Positions 23,250-36,000 of a stretch of DNA of 64,000 nt are shown here, in pieces (position 1 is the first letter of the stretch; each line of letters begins with the position of its first letter). Made by a program: the position numbers and the translations under genes. The stretch is taken from positions 242,978,001-243,042,000 of the forward strand of contig OZ024743.1 in the NCBI GenBank assembly GCA_964016885.1, in the 5' to 3' direction. The notes under the pieces are model-generated. The model did no database searches and had not been told where the DNA came from. It saw nothing but the letters and a program-made list of their open reading frames with translations. This DNA is from Eledone cirrhosa (lineage: Eukaryota).

Positions 23250-23748
23250 TGTAGCGACGTGGTTAGTCAGTCTGGTCACTACTTCCGATCAGATCCGAGA
23301 ATAGCCCTTAGAAGGACTGTTATCGCACACGCTCTGATCAGATCTGAAGATAGCCCTTGAAAGAACTGTAGTCGCATATAGCCCTTAAAAGAACTGTTGA
23401 GGATGGACAGACGAAAGCACAAGTTGAAAGGACCAAGCAAGGTGAGATGTAAATTCGATCAGCTATTTATTTTCACATGAAGCGACGATACAAGGTACAA
23501 GGCGTGTGTGAGTGACAAAGCATGGCAGAGTAAAGGAACAACGATGCGCTAGCTGACTCTGCCAAAAGTCGACTGGCGAAGTGTTTGGAACCACTTTATT
23601 TATACAGAAATAATCGTTTGATGTTTAGCCGCTGTGTAGGCGTTTATTCTGGTAGCTTCTAAGGGTTCTTTTGTTTCACGGTGAGGTAGCTAGCTAACAG
23701 GTAGATGGCGCTTTATATTTCACAGATGTTATTTCCGGTGGCTGTACA
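23250..23748 (-). repeat. 5' LTR
   Basis: 499 bp with TG...CA termini, adjacent to the PBS. Confidence 0.97.
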
Positions 23749-24016
23749 TATATAGTTAGTGGTAACTGGTTCATATTCTTTTCTTTCACTTTTTGTATGC
23801 TCAAATTCAATCTGTAAAATAATAATCTTTTAGTCACTTACCGCACCAGTTCACTGCAGAGACAGCAAACCACGATAAAATAGTTTAAAAGTTACTTACT
23901 CTTCCAACAATACCATACTAACGTATTTTAGGAGTTATTGACTAATTTCCTAGTTTAATGTTATATATAAACACTTAGTTTCCTAATTTCATGTCCAATA
24001 CCCCCCCCCCCCCCCC

Positions 24017-24122
24017 ACTGAGGTTAGCTTTGCATTTCATCCTTACAGGGTCGATAAAATAAAGTACCAGTAATGCACTAGGGTTATTGCTGGCCTTGTG
24101 CCAAAGATAGAAACAATTATTT
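24017..24122 (+). mobile_element. SINE 3' half with Nin/Deu-like central domain
   Basis: GAGGTTAGCTTTGCATTTCATCCTTACAGGGTCGATAAAATAAAGTACC. Same family as 30780-30968 and 31228-31448. Confidence 0.75.
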
Positions 24123-24555
24123 TGCTCTGAACCCTGGGTGGCTGAGTGAGATGGGGTGTCCAGCGACTGGACAAGGACTGACGCTAGACTTGACCACTAC
24201 TACTACAAGTTGATATACAAGACTAAAATGTCCACTGTGAACGGCTGAAGTGGGAATGCCACCAATAGTTGATGCCATTTTGGGTGATGGTGGTGGAATA
24301 ATATCCCTACAATGCTATAACTAGGTATTGATGTGGTCACTTAGTTATAGGGGAGCTGATCTTGAAAGACGAGAAATTAAATTTTATCAGTTCCCCTCTC
24401 TCTATTCTCCAGAATACCATAATTGGATACAAATAATGTTCGGAAGACCATAGAGCTAATACACTAAATAGTTGTCAAGTCCATCAAAATACTTGTAATG
24501 GAACATTTCTGAATAAACTGTTGTAAAAACCTATTATGCATACTTATTCTTCAGT

Positions 24556-24590
<35 letters not shown>

Positions 24591-24598
24591 CATATATA

Positions 24599-24660
24599 TA
24601 AATGTAATCTGAGTTTTTCGAACATTAATAATAATATTAAAAAAACTCAGATTACATTTA
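24599..24660. repeat. 62-bp near-perfect palindrome in (TA)n
   Basis: 20-bp perfect outer arms TAAATGTAATCTGAGTTTTT / AAAAACTCAGATTACATTTA. The inner part pairs with 3 mismatches. Confidence 0.9.
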
Positions 24661-24721
24661 TTGTATTCAGCCATGTAGAGTGATAACTATTTGTTAGTTA
24701 TATATATATATGCGTGTGTGT

Positions 24722-24764
<43 letters not shown>

Positions 24765-24774
24765 TATATATATA

Positions 24775-24960
24775 AACGGTAAACAGAAATAATAAATCAA
24801 ACAACACAGTACATTGAAGAAATATATTAGTTTAATGCTTGAAAGAGCAGGCAAAGAGTCTTAACGTTTTGGACACTAGTCCTTCATCAGAAGATAATTA
24901 GAAATAGAAGATAAACAGAAAGGAAAGGGTGAGAAGAGGAAGTAATGGAAAAATAAGGAA
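24775..24960 (-). mobile_element. Penelope-like remnant with hammerhead-like motif
   Basis: Minus strand reads CTT-CTGATGA-A-GGAC-tagt-GTCC-(A)AAAC-GTT-AAG at 24893-24860. The tail resembles 12910-12990. Confidence 0.5.
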
Positions 24961-26649
24961 AAAACATACATATTCAGTCAGCCATATATATATATGTATA
25001 TATATATATACCCAAATGACTGACTGAATATACACATGCCTTTTGGAGTTAGCCTAGGGTGCTAAATACCCAGGTGCTAGCTCTGGTCATACAGTAGCAT
25101 TTTAAATTTGATTACACTTTGAGAGTTTTATAAATTCAATTGTCACTAGGAGTGTAGACTAACATTTCAAGTAGTTTCATCTCATCTGACAGTAAGGAAA
25201 AGCGAAAAAAACTGGTGTTGGTGCTGGGCTGTAGGAAAGATAGACATACACATATTCTGATGTACATACAGATGCACTTATGCAAACACACATATGAGAC
25301 ACTCATTATAGGAATATTTATACTCTGTTATAAACAAATTTCTTCTAAGTCAGTAATCACAACTAAAGCTGCTCCCTTTAAGTTATCCACTTCTGTAGTA
25401 CAGTTTATTGTTATAAACAGTATTGCTGACAGCCTCATTAGGGGCAACTCAGTTATAGTCTTGTACTTGTACTTGAAAGTTCAACTGAGACCATAGGAAC
25501 TGTGAAGTAAATCAATATGCCAGGTCTGCCACATGAAGCATGGAATGGAACTCAGTTGAGGAAGATCATTAAAATAATTTCAATCATACATCATTAGATT
25601 TGCACCAATTAACTGGTATGATTGAGAATAGAGAGCAATTAGGTCAAATTAATGAAACCAATATTTAGCTGAGTCAATAGGGTGCTAACTTGCCTACTAG
25701 TTGAAGGGCGAGAGGTTTGTATTCAATCACAAACACTCCTAACTTTTAATGACCTAATAACATTACAATTTTTCAGCCTCTTAAACTCCTGTACATGTAT
25801 CAGTTATCAAGTAAATAAGAGTATTATAAACATTAGTTTAAAAATAAAGGTTCATGGTTCGAATCCAGTTTGGTATGATATACAGATTGATGAATAGGAC
25901 TCATCAAAATGATTGGAGATAACACTAAGCAAAATGTGGTGTGAGGGTAATAATGAGGAAGTGTCGTTTAGAGTAGTTTTTGTTTCAAAACTCCATTACG
26001 TAATGAATTTCCATTATGTTAAGTTTCAACAAGTTTCTTGAATTTTTATTTACTTCCAGCCAGTCACATTCTAGGAGTGCTTTGAAAATAAAAGATTGAC
26101 TAAGAGAATTTTGTATAGGGATTCATAGAGTAGAGGTGGGGAGATACAGCAAATGAGAGAGAAGAGAGACAGAGTGAGAAAAGAGAGGGCGAGAGCGAGA
26201 CAGAAGAGAGAGCAAGTGCAATAAAATCAAATCAGAAGATTGAAAGAAAAAATATTTTCAGTGAAAAAGATGTATGTGAGGGTATGTATAAAAATTTATT
26301 GGAAATATTTTCAAGGGAATGCACAAATAACACCAACAACAATGTAGTAAATGTAGAAAAAGTGTTTTGTTATGAAATAATCACTCCAGGTATTTTAGCA
26401 CTTTATTTATGTAGAATTTGAAGTTGGTGAAAATCGTCAAAATATTGACCCCAAATATAAGCCTTCCATCACTGACTAAGCTATCTATATGCAGGTATAA
26501 ACACATAGAGGATAAATATACATAAAATATACATGGCTTAGTAAGAATAACAGCACTGGTGACCTTTTTTCACAAGAAGGTAAGTAGTCACAACTGTGTA
26601 ACTATAGTTGGGAGAACTATATCAAGATATGGAGTTATTCTCAGAATGA

Positions 26650-27410
26650 TCCTGCTCCAGATGTCTGTAACAGGGTGGACTCTGTTAAAGACATCCCTAT
26701 GGACTCCAGATGTTTGTAACAGGGCATATTCTGCTAATGATATCTTACAGCCTCCAGATGTGTGTAAGAGGGTGGAGTCTGTTAAAAACATCCCTACAGC
26801 TTCTCGATGTGTATAACAGGATGGAGTCTGCTAAAGACATCTTACAACCTCCAGATGTGTGTAATAGGGTGGGATCTGCTAAAGACATCTTACAACCTCC
26901 AGATGTGTGTAATAGGGTGGGCTCTGTTAAAGATATCCCTTACAACCTCCAGATGTTTGTAACAGGGAAAACTCTGCTAATGACATCTTACAGCCTCCAG
27001 ATGTATGAAAGAGGGTGGAGTCTGTTAAAGACATACCTACAGCCTCCAGATGTTTGTAACAGGGCAAACTTTTCTAATGACATCTTACAACCTCCAGATG
27101 TGTGAAAGAGGGTGGAGTCTGTTTAAAACATACCTACAGCCTCCAGATGTGTATAACAGGATGGAGTCTGCTAAAGACATCTTACAAACAACCTCCAAAT
27201 GTGTGTAAAAGACACCCTATAATCTCTAGATGTTTGTAACAGAGCAAACTCTGCTAATGATATTTTACATCCTCCAGATGTTTGTAACAGGATGGACCCT
27301 GTTAAAGACATCCTATAGTCTCCAGATGTTTGTAACAAGGTGGGCTTTGTTAAAGACATCCTACAATTTCCAGATATGTGTAACAGGGTAGACTTTGTTA
27401 AAGATGCCCT
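26650..27410. repeat. ~48-bp minisatellite, ~15-16 diverged copies
   Basis: Consensus ~CAGCCTCCAGATGTTTGTAACAGGGTGGACTCTGTTAAAGACATCCTA. CTCCAG occurs at 26655, 26704, 26752 and onward. Confidence 0.93.
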
Positions 27411-27489
27411 TCAGTCAGAGGTGCAAAACCATGTGTTAGACTTAGCTTGTTCCCAAGAACAGATATAGTACATTTGTTGGGCTTTGACA

Positions 27490-27600
27490 CAGTTTCCATC
27501 TACTCAATTTCATTCACAAAACTTGAGTTAATGAGAGGCTATAATAAAAGACATTCACCAAAAGTTCCATGTAGTAGGAAAAACAGAGAACAATGTGACT
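27490..27600 (-). mobile_element. Old SINE fragment
   Basis: Reverse-complement similarity to 29570-29640 (GTCTTTT..TATAGCCTC...TTGTGA.T.AAATT..GTAGA..GAAACTGTG). Confidence 0.6.
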
Positions 27601-27760
27601 GTCAAGCAAAATTCTTCCCTAAATGATCTCATTACAACTTTCTTTATGATTGATTGTATCTCACTAATATATTCAATATATTTGAGGTTACAAGTAATGT
27701 CACATTTGGCAACTTTCCACAAAGGGAAAATTTAGATTTTGATATTCCTTTACTAGTTTT

Positions 27761-28143
27761 AGTCATTGGACTCTGAAGTTGCTTCCAAAGATAGTAATTG
27801 GACAGTAGAATTGCCTTCAAAGATAGTCATTAGACTATGAAGTTGCCTCCAGAGGTAATCCTTGGATTGTGGAGTTGCTTCCAGGGATAATCATAGGACT
27901 ATGGAGTTACTTCCAGAGGTAATCATTTGACTGTGGAGTTGCTTCCAGAAGTTGTCATTGGACTGTAGCGTTGCCTCTAGAGGTTGTCATTGAACTGTGG
28001 AGTTTCTTCCAGAAGTTGTCATTGGACTGTAGAGTTGCCTCCAGAGGTTGTCATTGGACTGTAGAGTTGCCTCCAGAGGTTGTCATGGACTGTTGAGTTG
28101 CTTCCAGAAGTTGACATTAGACTGTAGAGTTGCCTCCAGAGGT
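27761..28143. repeat. 32-bp minisatellite, ~12 copies
   Basis: Unit GTCATTGGACTGTAGAGTTGCCTCCAGAGGTT. GTCATTGG occurs at 28018 and 28050. Confidence 0.93.
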
Positions 28144-29518
28144 ATAGTACTCAACAGGTAGTGCAGTAAAGCTAATTTAATAGCATTTGAAATTAAAATA
28201 ATAACTAAAGACTACAAGTAACCTTATGAGAAAGAATCATTAAAGTTCAATATTTCCTCATCAACAACATTAATAGTATATTTGAGAATCATACAACATT
28301 GTAACGTAAATGTAACATGTGAAATTTGGCAAGTATAATTACCAGGAAAACAAATACCTCCATTACACATTGATTACTTCAAGTTGTTGTGAGAAATAGA
28401 AATGTTTCACGTATCTTTTACCTTATGTCATCAGAGAGAATTTGAAACAGAACTCTCCATTTTCTCATGAAGGACCCAAAATTTTAGGTATTTCTTCTAC
28501 CCAATGCAAATTAACAAATGTGAAATATTTCCACTCCTCATGGTAAATACCATATCTTTTGTCTTTTAATATATGTGTGCCTATAACAATCTTGTTGCTT
28601 TATTTTCAAGTGGGGGAGGAGAAGAATTTGGTAGAATAGATTAGTGACTTTCATTTAAATCTCAATATGTGATTAGCAAATACATTTAACATCTGGATTA
28701 AATTGTAAATATATTGCCACCCGCCTATACATTGCCAACAACAGTGATGCTGTTGGATATTATTAAGGTTTTATATTGCCACACTTTTGTCTGAAGAAAC
28801 ATAACACCACTTAACATGTCATATGTACTTTACTAGTTCTTTCCTACTGAAATAACACCTTCATTTCATAGACTGACTGCTTTTTGGCTACAAACTATCA
28901 TTTCATACATCTTAAGTTCAAATCCACTAAAGATATTAAGTTGTGTATACAGACCAGTAGTTCTGGGAGACCCTGGTCACAGTCCTCTCCTTACAATGCC
29001 AAGTTTCTTCAATTTTAAATTGTCATCTAATAATTTTTCACCCAAGCACCATATTAACAGGAGCAAGTTTTTCAAACCTCAATAATTATATGTATAGTTC
29101 CAAATGGAATTAACTCTTTTGATCTGATATTGGAAAGATTCAGTAAAATAACTATTGTACTTTACATATTTTGGCAAGGTTTTAATGGTTCGATGTCCTT
29201 CCTATCATCAAACCCTTTATGGCATGAACTGGGTGCATTATTCATATCACCAACACTAGAGATGTTGTCTTACCAGACTGAAGTGTTCTCTCTACTCTGT
29301 ATCAGCTTTTATTCAGAGTGACTTCCCTCCTATATGGGTTACCTACATTACATCTCACAGAACCCATGTCTACCCCATGTAGTCATATTTTATTCAGAGT
29401 CACTGCCCTCCTAGATGATTGCCTTCTCCATGGCTTATGAAGCCCTTTTTTCAGTATTAAATTGGTGTTTGGAACATATCTTAACAAGGGTTTTTACATG
29501 AAATTATAGTGGCCATAA

Positions 29519-29645
29519 TGTGGCTGAATGGTTAAGAAATTCACTTCAGAACCGCAAGGTCCTCAGAGAAAGTGTCTTTTACCATAGCCTCAGGTCAATC
29601 CAAGAATTGTGAGTAAAATTAGGTAGACAGAAACTGTGTGGAAGT
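29519..29645 (+). mobile_element. tRNA-derived SINE, internally deleted
   Basis: A-box-like TGGCTGAATGG followed by a body matching the minus-strand fragment at 27490-27600. Confidence 0.6.
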
Positions 29646-29794
29646 CCCTTTACTGGTTTATATCTGCAAACTGAAAGGCATTGATACCAAAACTGTAGGT
29701 ACAACACTAGATAAGATATGGAACTGGAATGTTTTAGTCACAGTTGTGAGGATGATTGAGAAAACCTTATAAGTAAATCAATAAGTGATCGTGT

Positions 29795-29997
29795 AGGTGT
29801 CACAACAAAAAGCACCCAGCACACACTGCACATGTGGTTGGCATTAGGAAGGGCATCCAGCCGTAGAAAACTGGCCAGAAACTCTCCTATATGAGTGAGA
29901 CACAGTCACCTGACCTAACTCGCCTCTAAATGGGACAAACCCATCTAACCCATGTTAGCATGGAAGATAGACATTAATCGATGATGATGATGATGAT
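29795..29997 (+). mobile_element. RTE 3'UTR / SINE with (GAT)n tail
   Basis: AAAAAGCACCCAGCACACACTG...GGCATTAGGAAGGGCATCCAGCC...AACCCATGTTAGCATGGAAG...(GAT)n. Confidence 0.85.
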
Positions 29998-30779
29998 CTA
30001 TGTACCACACCATATCCATCTTGTATCAATGTTCATAGGCTGTTCCTTAACTTGTAACAAAACAAAAAAATACAATTCATTATCTTATTCTATACTCCCA
30101 AGTTTGTTTTATGTAGTAGCAATTAATGTAAATCAGGGAGTAAATATCTTTTGAAAAACCCTTCTAAATATGTTTCTTAAAAATCAATCCCACAAACAGA
30201 GACAGAGTAATGGGGACAAGAAGCATAATGGAGTCACTAAACTGTGTCACCATTCTAAAGATTGAAACTATCTTTTTGTGTCTCCTATAAGCAAGTCTCT
30301 ACAGAAGATTTAAGTGATGATCATCATCATTTAACATCTGTTCTCCCTGCTAAGAAGGGTTTAACAAGACTTCACTACAGTGGTGAAGACATATTCATAT
30401 GATACAGATAATAAATGGTATTAATAAATATTTACAGCATCTAACACAGTGTTTTATATTTCTAGTTCAAATCTCTGTAGGCAGTATTAATTTGACTTTC
30501 TATCCTTCCAAAGAGATAGTTCCCAAATGATTCACTGTAGCACACTACTGCTGAGAAAATATTATATTATATTGATAAAAAGTAGAAAATACAAATCGAA
30601 GTTCTAAATACAATGTCTTGATAACTATAATTCATTTATTTAATAAATAAATAAATACTTGATAATTTTCAGTATTTAACCAATCTTATACGAAATTGGT
30701 TGAAACCATACCTGGTTCTATGATACAAAACTGTTTGCTTTAAAGTATTTATATTTATCTAAAACTCTTCCATCATAAT

Positions 30780-30968
30780 TGTTTCTACTTTTGGCACAAG
30801 GCCAGCTATTACCCCAGTGTATTACTGGTACTTTATTTTATCGACCCCGTAAGGATGAAAGGCAAAGTTAACCTCAGCGGGATTTGAACTCAGAATGGCA
30901 AAGGTCATAACTCAATGCGTCAAAGCATGGCGTCCGACCTTCTACCGATACTGCCAATCCACCGAACC
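30780..30968 (-). mobile_element. Full-length tRNA-derived SINE (Nin/Deu-like domain) with 13-bp TSD
   Basis: TSD CTTCCATCATAAT at 30767-30779 and 30969-30981. B-box GAGTTCAAATCC. Central TTTCATCCTTACGGGGTCGATAAAATAAAGTACC. Confidence 0.88.
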
Positions 30969-31227
30969 CTTCCATCATAATGTTATGTAAAAACTTTCTT
31001 AAGCTATAGCTCAAACACCAGCTTAATAATGAGAAAGTTAGCTATATTACTAAATCCCTCCAAATTTTTTATTATTTTCAAAATTATTTGAAAATCATAG
31101 GTAGTGTCTTCTATTAGAAATATGGTAATGAAAAGGTTAAAGTGATTATATTTAGAGGGTAAAAATTAACATTTTGTGTAGTTAGAGAAAATCTACAAGA
31201 AGTTTTTTTTCCTAACATATCAACTGC

Positions 31228-31448
31228 CAGTGGATTGGCAATATCAGTTGGGTGCCAGACAACATGCTTTGCAGCATAGAGTTACTTCTCTTTACGTTCT
31301 GAGTTCAAATCCCACCAAAGTTAGCTTTACCTTTCATCCTTACGGGGTTGATAAAATAAAGTACCAGTAATGCACTGGGGTCAATTTAATCAACTTAGCC
31401 TTATCCCCAAAAATTGTTGGCCTTCTGCCAAAATCAGAAACCATTATT
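31228..31448 (+). mobile_element. tRNA-derived SINE, same family as 30780-30968
   Basis: GTGGATTGGCA...GAGTTCAAATCC...TTTCATCCTTACGGGGTTGATAAAATAAAGTACCAG. Confidence 0.85.
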
Positions 31449-31960
31449 TTAGACTGACATAGGGCTGTGGATTGGTAGAATTAATAGCACATCAGAATTT
31501 CTTTCTGTCATCTTAATTTGTTATGTGTGTATATATATAAATATATAGATATATATACACACACACACAAACACATCAGGGGGTGGGTGTGTAATGAATA
31601 TGAAGGATACGTAAACCTTGGATCACTCACAGAAATACATATAGGTAGGAAAATATATGAGTGTGATGGATGCATAAACCTTGGAACTTCCATCTAAATA
31701 CATGTATGTAAAGAGGGAAATAAATATACATACATGTGTTTATATGTGTTTGTGTTCCAACACAAACAGATGACAGCATGAAATATAGAAGCAAAATGTA
31801 AGCAATAATAGATATTGTTTATATATAAATATATGCACATATATGTATATACATACATATATATATATTGTTATATTTGTAAATTTGATATGAAATCGTG
31901 TGTTGAAACAAATATTGTTATATTTGTTATATATATAACAAAAACAAAAACCTTGCAAAA

Positions 31961-31963
<3 letters not shown>

Positions 31964-32039
<76 letters not shown>

Positions 32040-32444
32040 ACACATACATTTGCTCTGAAGATATGAAAAAGCACATAAATAATATACTATGTGTAGAAAT
32101 ACTATGGTTTAATGAAACCTAATGTAGAAAGGCAGAGAAAGGAGAATCAATATTAATCTGGTGCTAACTGACAGTAGCCAAGCCTTGGCTGATGTGACCC
32201 ACTTCTTTCATTCACTCTTAGAAATTGCATTATCTCTTTAACTATAGCATCCATATGTATAGACATACTCAAACATACAAACATATACATATACACATGT
32301 ATGTGTATATATATATATATATATATACATATTTGTGTGTGTATATATATATACATATACACATATTTGTGTGTGTGTGCATATATATATACATATTTGT
32401 GGGTGTATATATATATATACACGTACACATATTTGTGTGTGTGC

Positions 32445-32492
<48 letters not shown>

Positions 32493-32531
32493 CTCTATTA
32501 TGTGTTCCAGCTAACAGGTTAAGGCACTGCC

Positions 32532-32563
<32 letters not shown>

Positions 32564-32730
32564 ATACAATAAATATAAATATACACACATATATATATAT
32601 ACACAATATATATAAATATACATATATGTATGAAAACACATACATACACACATTATATATGTAAACACATATACACACATATATATATATATATAAACAC
32701 ACATACACAGAAATATATATGCAAATAATT
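31964..32730. repeat. (GT)n (~36 units, 31964-32036) and compound (TA)n/(CA)n microsatellites
   Basis: Dinucleotide runs seen directly. Confidence 0.95.
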
Positions 32731-32819
32731 ACACATTGACATATATATAGATGCAAGAGAGAGAGGATTCTTCAATTATATCAAAGACATGACAAATTCT
32801 CTTGTGTTGGTGATCTACA

Positions 32820-33067
32820 CAATATATGTACCAAGTACATTTTGTGAAGCGGTTGGTGATAAGAAGGGAATCTAGCCAGGGAAAATCTGCCAAATAAAAG
32901 ATCACAAGGACTTTTCCGCTATGTGGTAGATATACCACCTCCTAGTGCTGGTACCATGATAAAATGCACTAAAAGCACACTGTGGAGTGCAGAAATATAA
33001 GTGAGAAGTAGCCCCCTTCTTCCCAACCCATCTGAAAAATCAGTTAATCCTGATTAAGTATTGATTT
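32820..33067 (+). mobile_element. Decayed RTE-3'UTR/SINE fragments abutting the satellite
   Basis: GGTTGGTGATAAGAAGGGAATCTAGCC at ~32850, AAAAGCACACTGT at ~32971 and AAATCAGTT..CCTG...TGGTC at ~33037-33070. All resemble 5630-5740. Confidence 0.55.
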
Positions 33068-36000
33068 GGTCTGTAACGACCTATTCAACCCAGCCTAAGG
33101 TTTGTAGTGACCTGTTCCACCCATCCTAGGGTCTGTAACGACCTGTTCCACCCATCCGAGGGTCTCTAACGACCGGTTCAACCCATCCTAGGGTCTGTAA
33201 CAACCTGTTCAACCCATACTAGGTTCTGTAACAAGCTGTTCAACCCATCCTAGAGTCTGTAATGACCTGTTCAACCCACCCTAGGGTCTGTAATCACCTG
33301 TTCAACCCATCCTAGGGTCTGTAATGACCTGTTCAACCCACACAAGGGTCAGTAACGACCTGTTCAACCCATCCTAGTGTCTGTAACAACCTGTTCAACC
33401 CATCCTAGGGTCTGTAATGACCTGTTCAACCCACCCTAGGGTCTGTAATGACCTGTTCAACCTATCCTAGGGTCTGTAATGACCTGTTCAACCCATCCTA
33501 GAGTCTGTAATGACCTGTTCAACCCATCCTAGGGTCTGTAATCACCTGTTCAACCCATCCTAGGGTCTGTAATGACCTGTTCAACCCATCCTAGGGTCTG
33601 TAATGACCTGTTCAACCTATCCTAGGGTCTGTAATGACCTGTTCAACCCATCCTAGAGTCTGTAATGACCTGTTCAACCCATCCTAGGGTCTGTAATGAC
33701 CTGTTCAACCCATCCTAGGGTCTGTAATGACCTGTTCAACCTATCCTAGGGTCTGTAATGACCTGTTCAACCCATCCTAGAGTCTGTAATGACCTGTTCA
33801 ACCCATCCTAGGGTCTGTAATGACCTGTTCAACCTATCCTAGGGTCTGTAATGACCTGTTCAACCCATCCTAGAGTCTGTAATGACCTGTTCAACCCATC
33901 CTAGGGTCTGTAATGACCTGTTCAACCTATCCTAGGGTCTGTAATGACCTGTTCAACCCATCCTAGAGTCTGTAATGACCTGTTCAACCCATCCTAGGGT
34001 CTGTAATGACCTGTTCAACCCATCCTAGGGCCTGTAATGACCTGTTCAACCTATCCTAGGGTCTGTAATGACCTGTTCAACCCATCCTAGAGTCTGTAAT
34101 GACCTGATCAACCCATCCTAGGGTCTGTAATGACCTGTTCAACCCATCCTAGAGTCTGTAATGACCTGATCAACCTATCCTAGGGTCTGTAATGACCTGT
34201 TCAACCTATCCTAGGGTCTGTAATGACCTGTTCAACCCATCCTAGAGTCTGTAATGACCTGATCAACCTATCCTAGGGTCTGTAATGACCTGTTCAACCC
34301 ATCCTAGAGTCTGTAATGACCTGTTCAACCTATCCTAGGGTCTGCAATGACCTGTTCAACCCATCCTAGAGTCTGTAATGACCTGTTCAACCCACACGAG
34401 GGTCTGTAATGACCTGTTCAACCTATCCTAGGGTCTGTAATGACCTGTTCAACCCATCCTAGAGTCTGTAATGACCTGTTCAACCTATCCTAGAGTCTGT
34501 AATGACCTGTTCAACCCATCCTAGGGTCTGTAATGACCTGTTCAACCCACACAAGGGTATGTAATGACCTGTTCAACCTATCCTAGGGTCTGTAATGACC
34601 TGTTCAACCCATCCTAGGGTCAGTAACAACCTGTTCAACCCATCCTAGGGTCTGTAATGACCTGTTCAACCCACACGAGGGTCTGTAATGACCTGTTCAA
34701 CCCATCCTAGAGTCTGTAATGACCTGTTCAACCCACACAAGGGTATGTAATGACCTGTTCAACCTATCCTAGGGTCTGTAATGACCTGTTCAACCCATCC
34801 TAGGGTCAGTAACAACCTGTTCAACCCATCCTAGGGTCTGTAATGACCTGTTCAACCCACACGAGGGTCTGTAATGACCTGTTCAACCTATCCTAGGGTC
34901 TGTACCTACCTGTTCAACCTATCCTAGGGTCTGTAATGACCTGTTCAACCCATCCTAGGGTCTGTAACGATCTGTTCAACCCATCCTAGGGTATGTAATG
35001 ACCTGTTCAACCTATCCTAGGGTCTGTACCTACCTGTTCAACCTATCCTAGGGTCTGTAATGACCTGTTCAACCCATCCTAGGGTCAGTAACAACCTGTT
35101 CAACCCATCCTAGGGTCTGTAATGACCTGTTCAACCCACACGAGGGTCTGTAATGACCTGTTCAACCTATCCTAGGGTCTGTACCTACCTGTTCAACCTA
35201 TCCTAGGGTCTGTAATGACCTGTTCAACCCATCCTAGGGTCTGTAACGATCTGTTCAACCCATCCTAGGGTATGTAATGACCTGTTCAACCTATCCTAGG
35301 GTCTGTAATGATCTGTTCAACCCAACCTAGGGTCTGTAAAAACCTGTTCAACCCATCCTAGGGTCTGTAATGATCTGTTCAACCCATCCTAGTGTCTGTA
35401 ATGACCTGTTCAACCTATCCTAGGGTCTGTAATGACCTGTTCAAACCATCCTAGTGTCTGTAAAAACCTGTTCAACCCATCCTAGGGTCTGTAATGACCT
35501 CTTCAACCGATCGTAGGGTCTGTAATGACCTGTTCAACCCAACCTAGGGTCTGTAATGACCTGTTCAACGCATCCTAGGGTCTGTAATGACCACTCCAAC
35601 CCACTCTAGGGTCTGTAACGACCTGTTCAACCCATCCTAGTGTCTGTAATGACCTGTTCAACCCATTCTAGGGTTGGTAATGACCTGTTCAACCCACCCT
35701 AGGGTCTGTAACGACCTGTTCAACCCTTCCTAGGGTCTGTAACAACCTGTTCAACCCACCCTAGGGTCTGTAACGACCTGTTCAACCCTTCCTAGGGTCT
35801 GTAACAACCTGTTCAACCCATCCTACGGTCTGTAATGATCTGTTCATCCCATCCTAGGGTCTGTAACAACCTGTTCAACATACCCTAGTGTCTGTAATGA
35901 CATGTTCAACCCATCCTGGGGTCTGTAACAACCTGTTCAATCCATCCTAGGGTCTGTAATGACCTGTTCAAGCCATCCTAGGGTCAGTAACAACCTGTTC

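Larger units (their letters stand above)
18409..23748 (-). mobile_element. Ty3/Gypsy LTR retrotransposon, gag-deleted and frameshifted, inserted in (TA)n
   Basis: Two 499-bp TG...CA LTRs, a PBS, PR-RT-RH-IN domain order, and TATA on both flanks. Confidence 0.97.

Noticed and set aside
24120-24310. Possible minus-strand exon (ttgtag|G..., one frame open ~60 codons)
   Set aside because: No recognisable protein similarity, no partner exons found, and it runs into a SINE tail. It cannot be supported without RNA data.
26559-27359. ORFs with a repeating DILQPPDVCNRV peptide
   Set aside because: A by-product of a 48-bp unit. Frequent 49-bp units shift the frame, and no splice or start context supports a gene.
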